The position numbers and the translations under genes are program-made. The notes beneath the pieces were generated by a model. That model ran no database searches. It was not told the origin of the DNA and saw only the letters and a program-made list of their open reading frames with translations. This document shows positions 41,093-53,445 of a stretch of DNA of 64,000 nt, one piece after another (position 1 is the stretch's first letter; every line of letters starts with the position of its first letter). The stretch spans positions 3,564,986-3,628,985 of the forward strand of contig NC_068993.1 of the NCBI RefSeq assembly GCF_001194135.2, in the 5' to 3' direction. This DNA is from Octopus bimaculoides. Lineage: Eukaryota.

Positions 41093-41326
41093 CTACTCTT
41101 TGTAGCATAATCGTGTATGTAGCGCCGATGCTAAGCGGTGTTTATCAATTATCATATACCGTCGCGGAACTACTTCAATAAAATTGTAAATATGGTAATT
41201 ATAGGGATTAAGCGAATTCATCATGCTAGTAATGAGGTGAATTACTGTTTCGTCAATATTCTGATACTCCTGTGATTTGGAGAATATCAGCAGTAAAACA
41301 CAGAACATTAACTGAACAAACTTCAT
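41093..41326 (-). CDS. Candidate small secreted protein or first coding exon (77 aa), unverified
   Basis: True ATG start. MKFVQLMFCVLLLIFSKS-Q looks like a signal peptide, and the rest is not low-complexity. No recognised family. Confidence 0.3.
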   Translation of the reverse strand: MKFVQLMFCVLLLIFSKSQEYQNIDETVIHLITSMMNSLNPYNYHIYNFIEVVPRRYMIIDKHRLASALHTRLCYKE

Positions 41327-42925
41327 ATCTTAAATTAGTAAACGTTGAGCTTTTTACCTTTAGGTAAATCAGTCATTTTGCGAAACAAAACTGGGGAAGG
41401 AGATAAAAAATGAAATAATTTATTTGAACAAACCTGAAGCGGAATATCTTAAAATGGCGCTGAAGTTAACAATTCCGAGAATTATTGACTGAAAGAAATC
41501 TGGGCATTAAATTCTTAAGTGCATTTAACGATACACATTGTTACTGATCTTGAGGATTGAATTCCTTGAAGCAACGGTGAAGTTTCTGTCACTTTGCCCA
41601 TAAACAGCTGAAGTATATTGTGTAATTTAGTATCATTTTCTCTCTTAAATTCAACAATGAGCAATATAACAAGTTAACATAAAATGCTGATAGCAAATTT
41701 CACGCTGAAGTAAGGATTAATTTAATGAATTTAGCCAACAGACATTTTAAATAGTTGATAGCTTAATATTACAATAAGTTTCTTTTCTCAAGGCATCGCA
41801 TAATTGTCCAGAATGTTCTGATTTGTAACTGTGAGTTCAGAGGAGTGGATTGCCCATATCAACATGTGTTCTAAACTTTGGAATTAATGAAGATAAGTAA
41901 CACAAGAGAGTAATTACTCTATTTGATCTTGCCAAAGGATTTACGTAAAAACAAACATCTCCCAGGAAACCGGCATCTATGTAAAATATTGTGGTATCAT
42001 AATTCTTTCATTTGGTAATTAGCTAAGATTAAGATTAGAAAGTTCATCAATTAGCATAAAGATATGCGTTGTTCAGCTAGACAATAAGAAGCGCCTAATC
42101 CATATTAAATGATTTAAGTGCAGGTTTATTCAGGATCAAATCAGCTATATTATTTATCATCTGCGGCCAGGAAAATACTTCAATGAAAGCCATAAATAAG
42201 ATAATTATAAGCTGCACCACTGCAATATCACCATTAGCCATATGAAATTTATTGATTGTCGAACAAACCTAAAGATAATTAGTAGCCATCCTTACGATAA
42301 ATAACGTGGATGCTATAGGGCGGCTCTATCACGGGAACTGTGAACGACATAAATAAATTAAAGGCAAGCACCTGCTTCCTTGAAACAACGTGCTTCTTCA
42401 TCAAATTTACATTAAATGAATAAAATCTTGAGAAACTAGCAAGTATGAAAGCTCCTTTCTGAGAATAAGAGAATATTCAATTTGTATAATATAAAGTTGG
42501 CCAAATTCCCACAGAATATAATATTTAGAATAATGTTTAGAATAAGAAAAACAAAAATTACTAGAAAACTGTTTCCACTATGCTTTAGAATATTGCATAA
42601 TCATTCTTTACCACAAGAATTATACATTTTTATTGAGGTAAATGGTGATGTTCCTAACAATGGTTCCATTAACACGAAAAGAATTCTAGATAAATACAAT
42701 ATGGCTGCCCGTATTCGTGTTCTACTTCTGACAGGTAAAACTCTTCCTTCGCCAATTTTACTGGATGCACGTGACCAAAGATGCACAAAGGCACTACTGA
42801 AAGAAAATAAACTTTAAAATTAATCCAAATATCATTTGGCTGTTACAGTGTTACAGAAAGATATATATATATATATATATANNNNNNNNNNNNNNNNNNN
42901 NNNNNNNNNNNNNNNNNNNNNNTAT

Positions 42926-42968
<43 letters not shown>

Positions 42969-43257
42969 CAGAGAGAAGGAGAAAGAGAGAGACCCTTTCT
43001 GCTACTAGGAAAGAAACATCCAATGATAATGCAATAATACGTTGCTAACAGCGTGTATATATTGCCTTAAAAAAGCTTCTGAAAAATGTCAAGTTTACTA
43101 AAGGACACGAACAACCATCTTCTATAAATATGTGGGCAGACTTTGATTAATTTCTAGCCAGATGGTTTTTTTAACACGATATTTACACACTATTAATTGT
43201 AGCCATATCTATTTCGAGCTCCATTGTTGAAAGAAAGGCAACAAATAAATTATTCCA

Positions 43258-44100
43258 CTACTCCCGTTCGAAATTTCTTAATTCGTACGATGCGAGAAGG
43301 TTATTTTCTTCTAGGAACGTGATCAGCATTTTTCTGACAATGCGTTCGATTGTCTTGCAAACTTGTGAGGTCAGAGAGATGGGCCTGTAGTTTTTATCAT
43401 CTGCTCTACTCCCTCCTTTATGGACAGGGCATATTACACCTTCTGTTAGCATGTTGGGAAGTTTACCATATGCAAGGACACTCTGAAAGAGTATCTGCAT
43501 TGGCTTTGCAAGAGCCTTTTTACATGTCTTTAGGAGAACAGCCAGGAGTCCATCTGGGCCTGTTGCTGAGTTTGATCTCATCTCATCAATGACCGATGTT
43601 ATATGTTCCTCTCTTATATTGATATAATCGATGGTTGTCTCTTTTCCGAATAGATTCGTTACATTGAAAAACTCCTCAGATTTGTTTATTTGCATTTTCC
43701 AGTGGAGAACTGAAAACACTTCGGAATTGTTTCTTTAGTGCTTCACTTATCTTCCCCGGATCTGCAGTTAGTGAGCCGTTTTTACCAAATAGTAACCCTG
43801 TCTTAGAGCGTATTGAGGCAGACTCCTTTGCCAACGTGTAGAAGGCTATAGGATTTCTTTTTATATTTTAGACTGCTCAAGTTTCTCTTTCTTCTGTTTC
43901 ATGGAAGATTTTGAGTTTATTTTCTATCTCGAAAGTTCCTCTGTCAGATGGGATTTCACACTGTCATTGAGCCGTTTATTTAAACGATTCGAGATCTTTA
44001 TTCTCCACCGCATGAGTAGCCTCTTGTCTCGAGGAATGATGTTTTTGTGTCTATTGGCTCTCTTCTCTGGGACATGTTTAATGCATGTGTGTTCTAAAAT
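43258..44100 (-). mobile_element. CR1/L2/Jockey-type LINE fragment (RT N-terminal region)
   Basis: SATGPDGL...LAKPMQILFQ...ICPVHKGGSRADDKNYRPISLTSQVCKTIERIV, with upstream NPIAFYTLAK...ISEALKKQFRSVFS. Confidence 0.93.
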
Positions 44101-45632
44101 GATCGTGGTCTACGTATCCTATACGTAAGACGTTCATATAAAGCAAAAATGAATAATAGACACAACATATAATAATGTTGCATATTAAACATTGCCTAGA
44201 CGAAAAAAAGAAATTAGTATAGTGAGACCTCAGGTAATAAATGGCACCGCTTCTTTCTATCATAGATGTAACTTGTTGTCAGTAACAATATTTGTGGAAG
44301 GCAAGATATGAAAAATTGTACGCTTATGCAAGGTTTGCTTTGAAGATTTTCATCAGGTGTAGTTATTCAAAATCATTGTTGTAATGAATTTTAAGATTGT
44401 CTCCCTAATAATTAATTTAAGGAATGCGTAAACATCATGGATACTGCTTTCTCTACTGGCACGAAGATTTTTAAGTGTCCTGAATTCTAGAGAGGAATTA
44501 CATACAGCGACAAATAAACTGTTTTCATGGTGCATCAAAAGGTTGTAAAAATAATAGGTTTTCGTCTCTGCAGCAAGCTATGGGATTTATTAATAGAAAA
44601 ATACTAGAATATTACTGAACAGTTACTGTTTTCTGCTAATTCAGAAAGAGAATTTTACGGGATAAATATTAAATTGGCGTGATGACAAGAAGTTATCGTT
44701 TTTCATTAACACCTCCAGTCAATATCAGTGAAATGTTGGAAATGATACGTTGATAGAACCGGGAATATAGCTGTAAAGAAAGGGTGTAAAGTGATTAGCA
44801 AGCGGTTAAATGAAGATATCAGTCGAAGGTGATTAATTTTGTTTTATTCTAAAGATAATGATCGAAAATTTCCGAAGAACAACTGCAGGGCTGCCTTTCA
44901 TAAAGCAATACCTAAATTTTGATTGTATGAATAATATAGAAGAGTACAGTAAAATTTGCCGATAGAATTATATATCGGCTGTTTGGTTCGAAACTAACAC
45001 AAATACATATTGGCTCGGATTGAAGACCGTGTTTATTCTCATCATGAGGATGTTGCGTAATAAACCATCAGCCGATTAAAATTGAGTCACAAACGCATGA
45101 TACGCAGTTTTAGTAATGTCTTCATATGCGGCTAATAAATGTCTTCACTTCTTCAGATTCCGATTGGATGGAAAATCCTCTCTTCATATTGTGCACTTCA
45201 GAGATAAAATTTCCTCCCGATTGTAAATTGTGTCATTTGTAACGATTTAGTTCGTTCCAATGGTACTAGGGTATTTGTCAATTAACCTACCCCAGGAATC
45301 TTAAGAGGACTAGAGTATTTGATGGTGGAAATGTTGATAATGTATCGATCAAAATAAGGACACTTGGTTGAATATATATGTATACATATATATAGTACAC
45401 ACACACATATATATATGTATATATATTAATATCGCCTCTCAGATATTTAGACAAAATTCTATTTCTGTGAGTAAACTAACGTACAATCTTGTACTTTAAT
45501 TTCTGATTAATCGAACACAACTATTAAAAGGCCATACTGTAGCCATGAACTCGGAATTTTACTGAAACCCATCCAGAGTTCTCTCATCAGAAAGAAGAGA
45601 ATTCATTTAGTCACTAATATTGTTTTTCCCTT

Positions 45633-45911
45633 AAGGCGGAAAGCTGGCAGAAACGTTTACACCCCGAGCAAAATGCTAAGCGGCATTTCGTGTCTTTACG
45701 TTATGAGTTCAAATTCCACTGAAGTCGACTTTGCCTTTCATAATTTCTGGGTCGATAAATTAAGTACCAGTTGCGTACTGGGGTCGATAAATTAAGTACC
45801 AGTTGCGTACTGGGGTTGATAAATTAAGTACCACTTGCGTACTGCAATCAATCTAATCGACTGGCCCCCGCCCTAAAAATTTCGGGCCTTGTGCCCAGAG
45901 TAGAAAAGAAT
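45633..45911 (+). mobile_element. Near full-length SINE with internal triplication and TSD
   Basis: Runs from AAGGCGGAAAGCTGGCAG to GTAGAAAAGAAT. Flanks TTGTTTTTCCCTT (45620-45632) and TTGTTTTTTCCCTT (45913-45926). Three ~31-bp internal units. Confidence 0.92.
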
Positions 45912-47043
45912 TTTGTTTTTTCCCTTCACTGCTTACGCACGAGAATTTTTAAACGTAACATCCACTAAATATTAACACTGCTTCCGTTAGCAATACATCT
46001 GTGATTGCTGTATTGTAAACGAATGTGCTTACATTTGTAGCTTTAATATTTTCAATAGATCTGCTATTTTCTATGTGGGTCACAATTTTTAACCATAGTC
46101 TTATACTTATGTCTATTTTCATATTGATATGTTGTTACATTATCGTCTTAGAATATTCTTGCTGCAAAGCCATATCTAACGGAGTGTTACTGTCATGAGA
46201 GCATTTTACAGTGTGATTTATGATACATGTGCTATGTGTATGTCGGTATACATGTGAACAACTTGCACATCTACATTTTATTTCGTTTTATATTTTATCA
46301 ATGATAAATACGTATATTAAGCAGCATGTATTCTGTGATCTACTAAAATGTCCTTCCTACTTTCAAAACCACTCATAAATAAATCGCAAGAATTACACAA
46401 TTATGTATATATCTTAGAAATGTGTACGAGTAATGCAAAGTAACAAATAGAATTGCTGACTCTAAGACTGTACCAAATAACATTGAACAAAACTACTGCT
46501 GAGGGAGAAAGTTATACATAATAAATAAAAATGGGATTCAGAATGTTTCTCTGGTGTCCATCTAAGTTTATTTTATTACATTTATGCAAGTTACAGTTTT
46601 ATTTCTCCAAAATGACACAACATTATATTGCTGAATAGCATCAAAATGAATCTTGATAAAAAAAGTTACATATTTGATTATTCTATCTATTTTCGCTTAT
46701 ATATGTTAACATCTGAACGTGAAAACCGTCAAATATATTATAATGGCATCAACAGAAGCCACCAAGTTAATGGTAATATGGACCATTTAAGGCAAGCTAC
46801 AATTGTCAGTATTGTTTCCAATGTATAAATATGAAGTCATTATTTTTATCTAATCTACCAAAGACTGATAAAATAGAAAACGTCATAGAAAGCACCAGGA
46901 GTGAAATATTTACTACCACATAGAAATAGGCATAGCTGTGTGCTTTAAGAAGTTCTTCTGTCGGAAACATATTTTAGGCGCAGCTTGATTCTACCCTAAG
47001 GTAATTGATCAAGTGTCTTCTACCATGTCCTCAGCTTGATCTA

Positions 47044-47092
47044 GTGCCTTGAGATTGTAGTTTTGTGGATGAAAATTGTTCTAAAGACTGTC

Positions 47093-47166
<74 letters not shown>

Positions 47167-47215
47167 GACAGTCTTTAGAACAATTTTCATCCACAAAACT
47201 ACAATCTCAAGGCAC
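47044..47215. repeat. Perfect 53-bp inverted repeat around (TA)n
   Basis: 47044-47096 is the exact reverse complement of 47163-47215. Confidence 0.96.
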
Positions 47216-48840
47216 AAAACTATATATATCTGTCTGTCTGTCAGTATGTATGTATGTATACACACACACACACACATACACATACACATACAAACACACA
47301 CACACTCCCTTATATATTCATATATATGTATATACATACATATATACTTTATTAAAAGCATATTATTCTTCCTCTGATATTCGAGTACTATTTTTTCCAC
47401 CTTCTTTCGCATTTATGTTCTTACTCTGCTATATATATACATATATACATGCGTACTATTTTTCCTTTTTTCTTCCTATTGTAACAGTACACTCATTTTC
47501 CTTATACTTCTAATTGTTTGGGTCTGTCTATGCTATTGATGAGATTTTGCTAACACCATTTTCCACCATTCTATCGTTGTATAAAGTTCTGTTAGCCGTG
47601 ATTGGTTCGGCTAGAATACGGAGGATACTGTACGAACCCCAAGGATATCGACTCTGATGTCAAAATCACGTGACTTGTGTAAATAGTTTTCCCTCCTTCA
47701 CTGCTTTCTTTCTTTCTTTCTTCCTTTCTTTTTTCTTTCTTTCTTTCTCCCTTTTTTCTTTTCTTTTTTCGCTATTGTTTATCCTTTCAGCAACCTACTT
47801 GCAGTCATTCTCCTATTTTACTTCTTTTCCCTCTTTCCTCTGGTGAAGAGCGAGAATCCGAAACGAGAAGACTCTTTTCCGATTTTAATCACTGAACTAA
47901 TACAACTTTCGTTAATATTTACCCTCCCCCATTGTTCTCTTTCTCTTTGTGTCTGTCTCCTCCTTAATACATACATATATGTATGCAAACACACACACGC
48001 ACGCACAAAGTCATGAACACATACACACACATTTACTCTCGTAACTGACATCGGGTATCGTATCATGTAATATAACATTTACGCGAATATATTTCAATGT
48101 CTGCATAGGCATTCATATTTTATATAAATATGTGTGTGCATGTGTGTGTGCGTCTATGTAATAATGTACATATAGATATACGTACATATGTACAAAGACA
48201 TTTGTACATATTTCTATATAGAGATATAAATACAGTCACTGTGCTGGTATATGTATGTTTTTATATTAAATAATGTAACATCCAATGGTTGTTACGAGAA
48301 CATTTACAACAAGATTTTCGAATTACTCACTATTAGGAAACGCTGCCAATCTATCAAACTACGTGAAGAGTTTAATCAAATATCTTCTCTCATGAATAAC
48401 CATAGAGAACGTAAGTGGCAAAATATAAAAATACGGAATTCTTCATATTTTATTGCAACTAATCTTGAAATAAAGAAATGAGAATCGGCTCGATATATTA
48501 CATGACAATAGTACCATTGTCAGGTGAGTCTAACATTTATCTTCTGAAGAAAATAAATATTAATGTATGAAGTTGGTAAAATTATTTTATCCAAAACTTT
48601 CGACTAAATCTAGAAAATTCTAAGCATTTCAGGAATAAAAATAAATGGGAAGAAAATAGGAAAAAGATTTTTAAAATATCGAAATTGACCAGACTATATT
48701 ATGTGTCATTATGAAAGCCTACTCTGCATTGAAAAGAAAGTATGCAGAAAACAATTTCCTTTCAAAGAAGAAATACATTCTTCGCAACAAACAACATTTT
48801 CCACTCAATGAAGTTATCTATCTATATACCTACCTGTCTG

Positions 48841-48899
<59 letters not shown>

Positions 48900-49074
48900 N
48901 NNNNNNNNNNNNNNNNNNNNNNNNNNNNNNNNNNNNNNNNNNNNNNNNNNNNNNNNNNNNNNNNNNNNNNNNNNNNNNNNNNNNNNNNNNNNNNNNNNNN
49001 NNNNNNNNNNNNNNNNNNNNNNNNNNNNNNNNNNNNNNNNNNNNNNNNNNNNNNNNNNNNNNNNNNNNNNNNNN

Positions 49075-49117
<43 letters not shown>

Positions 49118-50177
49118 GTATATATTCACACACGCACACACACAAACACACACACACATTCAAAATAAAGGTGAGGAGAGAAACGAGAGAATTCAAAAGC
49201 ATTTGTTGTTCGAACATTAAGTGGCTCCTACTTTTAGGGGATTATTTTATGACAAATTCAATATTCTTGAGCTGCACATAAACAGGAAAATACCAAGAGT
49301 ATGCTTGGATGTTTTTGATATAATTTTTGCACCAGTGATCTATATTCAGATTTAATCGCACCAGTTTGAGCATTTAGTTATGGACTATAAGTGTAGCAGA
49401 AAGTTTCTCGACAAGTTATCATCTCCATTGTTGATGAAATGTTCTATGGCCAAGCACAGATGGAGAAATGTATTAAAGCAATCTTGACAAATAGCGATGT
49501 AGGCTTCTAAGAAAATTTGGCTTCAGCTTAATATGCTGGTGACTTTTGACTCACACATGAATCAGTTTATTTGATATAATAGCGTCAACCTTTAAGGAAT
49601 ATCAAATTACGTTTACTTATGCTATTTTTTGTGCAAGCTGTGGACAACATCGTCGTTAGCTGAATGCTTTCAGCGTTCGCTCACTGCAATTCTGAAAGTA
49701 AGGGCAATAAAAGAGCGCATGTAGTTCCATGCAAACTATTTCCTTCTCGTGAAACACTTCTTTTAACAACCTCTTTTATTTGCTATGTTTCACATCGGTA
49801 ACCTATATATATTCTTGAAATAAACAAAGGAAGATGTTCAATATGTTATTGGTTCGCCCAAAACATAGGAATTGTATGGTAGGCTTAACTCTAGAGATAT
49901 AAACAATGCTGTAGACCTACTCAATTAACGTAAACTGTACTGGATAATATTTATAATCCATATGTATCTCACAAGGATTGTTCAGAGATGGCCTCTGTTG
50001 CTGGGGTGAAATACATTGGTCTGATACCTGTTTGAGTTCAATAATTGTCGAACCAAGAATGCAAAATTTCTTCTTAATAAACTTTAAATATACATTGAAA
50101 TATATATGTGTCAATATAATTACAACAGTTAGCAACATGTTCCAGTATTTTACCGCAATATTACAGTATTTCATAGG

Positions 50178-50305
50178 ACAGCGAGCTGGCAGAATCATTA
50201 GCACGCCGGCCAAAATACTAAGAGTCTGTTCTTATGTTGAGCGTTCAAAATCCGCGGTGGTTGACTTTACATTTCATCCTTTTGGGGTCGATAAAAATAA
50301 GTCGA
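50178..50305 (+). mobile_element. SINE, 3' truncated
   Basis: GAGCTGGCAGAATCATTAGCACGCCGG...TTTCATCCTTTTGGGGTCGATAAAA. Confidence 0.82.
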
Positions 50306-50492
50306 TGAAAATAAGTAACATAGTATTGCTGTTATTAGCTTGCATATAATAATAGTAGTTGGAAGAGGAGGAGTAGTAGTAGTAGTAGTAGTAGTAGTGT
50401 TAGTGGTACTAGTAGTTGTAGTAGTATTATTATTAGTAGTAGTGTTGTTAGCACCTAGAAAGGCTCTGTAGCATATTGTAACAATACTGGTT

Positions 50493-50690
50493 TCAAATTT
50501 GGGCACAAGGCCAGCAATTTTGGGGGAGGTGTTAAGTCGATTACATCGACTTCAGTGCTCGACTGGTACTTATTTCATCGACTAAGAAATGACGAAAGGT
50601 AACGTCGACCTTGAAGAAATTTGAGCAGAGGACGTAAAGACAACGAAATACCGCTAAACATTTTTGCGGAGTATTAACAATTCCGCCACA
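50493..50690 (-). mobile_element. SINE copy
   Basis: GGGCACAAGGCCAGCAATTTTGGGGGAGG...GTCGATTACATCGAC...CTGGTACTTATTT...AAATACCGCTAAACA matches the family in reverse. Confidence 0.82.
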
Positions 50691-53239
50691 TATGATACTT
50701 GTGCTTTTAAATGCTACTTGGTAACGGCGTGGTCTTGAGTTATTCATACTTTATATTTCTGTGCTTTCAATGTTCTCTTGTGCTTATAATATGCTGACGA
50801 TGACGGTTTTACTATAGAATAAAAGTTGTGTAACATCAACTTGAATACCACGTAATATGTTTCTCTGTGTCTCATCAGTATTGCTTCATTTGTTACTAAT
50901 AGAACTCCTGTTTTGTTTTGCTATTGAAATTCCGTTGTCGTATAAATTATTTCACACTTCACAGTTGGCAAGTGAAAGATGTCCTCGTGTCTTTACTGTG
51001 CAATTGTGGCTACTGTTGCAGAACTTATTTCCAGTTTTTCACAAAGATATTCAAAATAGACCAATTGATTGTGCTGTCTTAGTTTCATTGACCTGCAGTC
51101 GCTTTTCAACATTTAATGAACAGTGTATCAAAGAAAAGCTATTGTATGAAATTTTGAAACAATAATTTTTGGTCAGTGAAATCGTATTAGTAAAAATAAT
51201 TCAACGTGAATATTCTGAGCAAATTTTGAATAAAAATAATGCAGATATAAAGTTCAACAAAGATTTCGTGTACTTTGTTTGGAATAATTATCATTAAAAA
51301 TGTCAAATGTTATTTCAGATGACTTATACGTATGATTGTTTTATGTTTGAAAAGACTCGGTCCATAGAGATAAGCGCTGCAGTAGTTCACCTAAACCTGT
51401 ATATTTCTTAATGGTTTTGTTATACAAGAAGATGCTGTTATTATGCTTAGTGGCTTTCTGTTGTCTTATCTAATTTCAGATATGAATTACTTCATTGTTA
51501 TTTAGTTTGTTTATATTCATGCTCTTCTTGATGTTATCGAAAAATATAACAAAATATTATGTTTTGTGCACAAATAATTATCACATACAAATCTTGTACA
51601 TTGATAATATTTTTGTATAGATCTTTGGAATTTATACATACGNNNNNNNNNNNNNNNNNNNNNNNNNNNNNNNNNNNNNNNNNNNNNNNNNNNNNNNNNN
51701 NNNNNNNNNNNNNNNNNNNNNNNNNNNNNNNNNNNNNNNNNNNNNNNNNNNNNNNNNNNNNNNNNNNNNNNNNNNNNNNNNNNNNNNNNNNNNNNNNNNN
51801 NNNNNNNNNNNNNNNNNNNNNNNNNNNNNNNNNNNNNNNNNNNNNNNNNNNNNNNNNNNNNNNNNNNNNNNNNNNNNNNNNNNNNNNNNNNNNNNNNNNN
51901 NNNNNNNNNNNNNNNNNNNNNNNNNNNNNNNNNNNNNNNNNNNNNNNNNNNNNNNNNNNNNNNNNNNNNNNNNNNNNNNNNNNNNNNNNNNNNNNNNNNN
52001 NNNNNNNNNNNNNNNNNNNNNNNNNNNNNNNNNNNNNNNNNNNNNNNNNNNNNNNNNNNNNNNNNNNNNNNNNNNNNNNNNNNNNNNNNNNNNNNNNNNN
52101 NNNATATATATATATATATATATATACATGCACACACACACATATTATCTATATACATATCGGAATAACAAGAGAAAGGGAGGGAAGAGAAAGACCCGAA
52201 CAAAAGTTTTAAATATTTGAATATCATCTTGTCAGAGACACGCATAATTTCTATAAATATCGATACGAGAACAATTCTACCTGGCAGCAATATTTAGGTT
52301 TGCATTGTAATGCGGTAAAGAGTAATCAATATGAAGTATGATGCTTTGATATATTTACACCTTATATGCATGCATTAGCATTTACTGCAGCGGAATACAG
52401 GAGGAAACGCTAGACAAGTAAGTGGAATATGGCAGAATAACCAAATAATATTTTGAGAAAGTACTAACAAAAGTAATTATCAAGGGAAATGTAAAGATGA
52501 ATGCAATTTTCAAAATGCCATCGTTCAAATGAAAGATAAAACAAAAGTTTCTCTTACCAATAAATAGATATTCTTCAAATCATTTATTTGATCTTTTCTA
52601 ATGCTATCATGCTTCGTAAATATAGAACAAACGCGAAATTAGCTTCACTTATCCGCAGACACAATTACAACCTAAAATATATATGTAAAAAAAAAAGGAA
52701 AAACAGTAATGCTAACATGCCACAGTTTCTATATAGTTTTAGTTCTGCTAAATTTCAATCTTTGACTGATAAATAGACATATTCTCGGAGCCATTATTCC
52801 GCTTTCTCTTTGTCAATCCTACAAACTTATCAAAATTGAAATTACGCAAATTGGCGTTGTAGGAGAACTAAATAATTTTATTTGAAATATCGAAGTTGAA
52901 GGTAATTTGTGAATTGTTTAAAAGTTATCTGTCTCTGAGTTTCACAAGCGTATAATGAAACGTTAAGCTGCAGCGGAAATTACTAAACACAAACAATACG
53001 AAATAAACTTTAAAATCATTTCTTCCTTTAGAATTCGTTTATTTAATAGAATTATACATTTTGTCACAAAAATTCTCTTAGCACACTCTAGGAAATGGTC
53101 TTGGGAACTATATGCATGGTATTTTAATAAGTTATGCATTTAAAAGCATAATTGCATGTGCGTTGAAGAAAACCATTGACGTATACTAAATAAAAGCAGT
53201 AAAATGAGCACAAACCTTTGAAAATGTATTACTCTGCAC

Positions 53240-53445
53240 AGAAGCAGGGCAAAACCGAATGTGTTTTTTTCTTTCATCGAATACTCTTCACCGAAATATA
53301 GATTCTATATATCTTGCCGAAGATGTGGTTGACTCGTTTATCTACCTTGGCAGCACTCTCGCTAGAGATGGATTCCTTGATTCTGAAATAAACCTGAGAA
53401 TTGAAAAAGCCAGCAAAGCATTTGGAAGGCTTGAAAACCACTAAA
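53240..53445 (+). mobile_element. RTE-clade LINE RT fragment
   Basis: VVDSFIYLGSTLARDGFLDSEINLRIEKASKAFGRLE. Confidence 0.88.

Noticed and set aside
45749-45843. Three ~31-bp direct repeats resembling a CRISPR array
   Set aside because: There are no spacers, the units are contiguous, they lie inside a SINE, and no cas genes are present.
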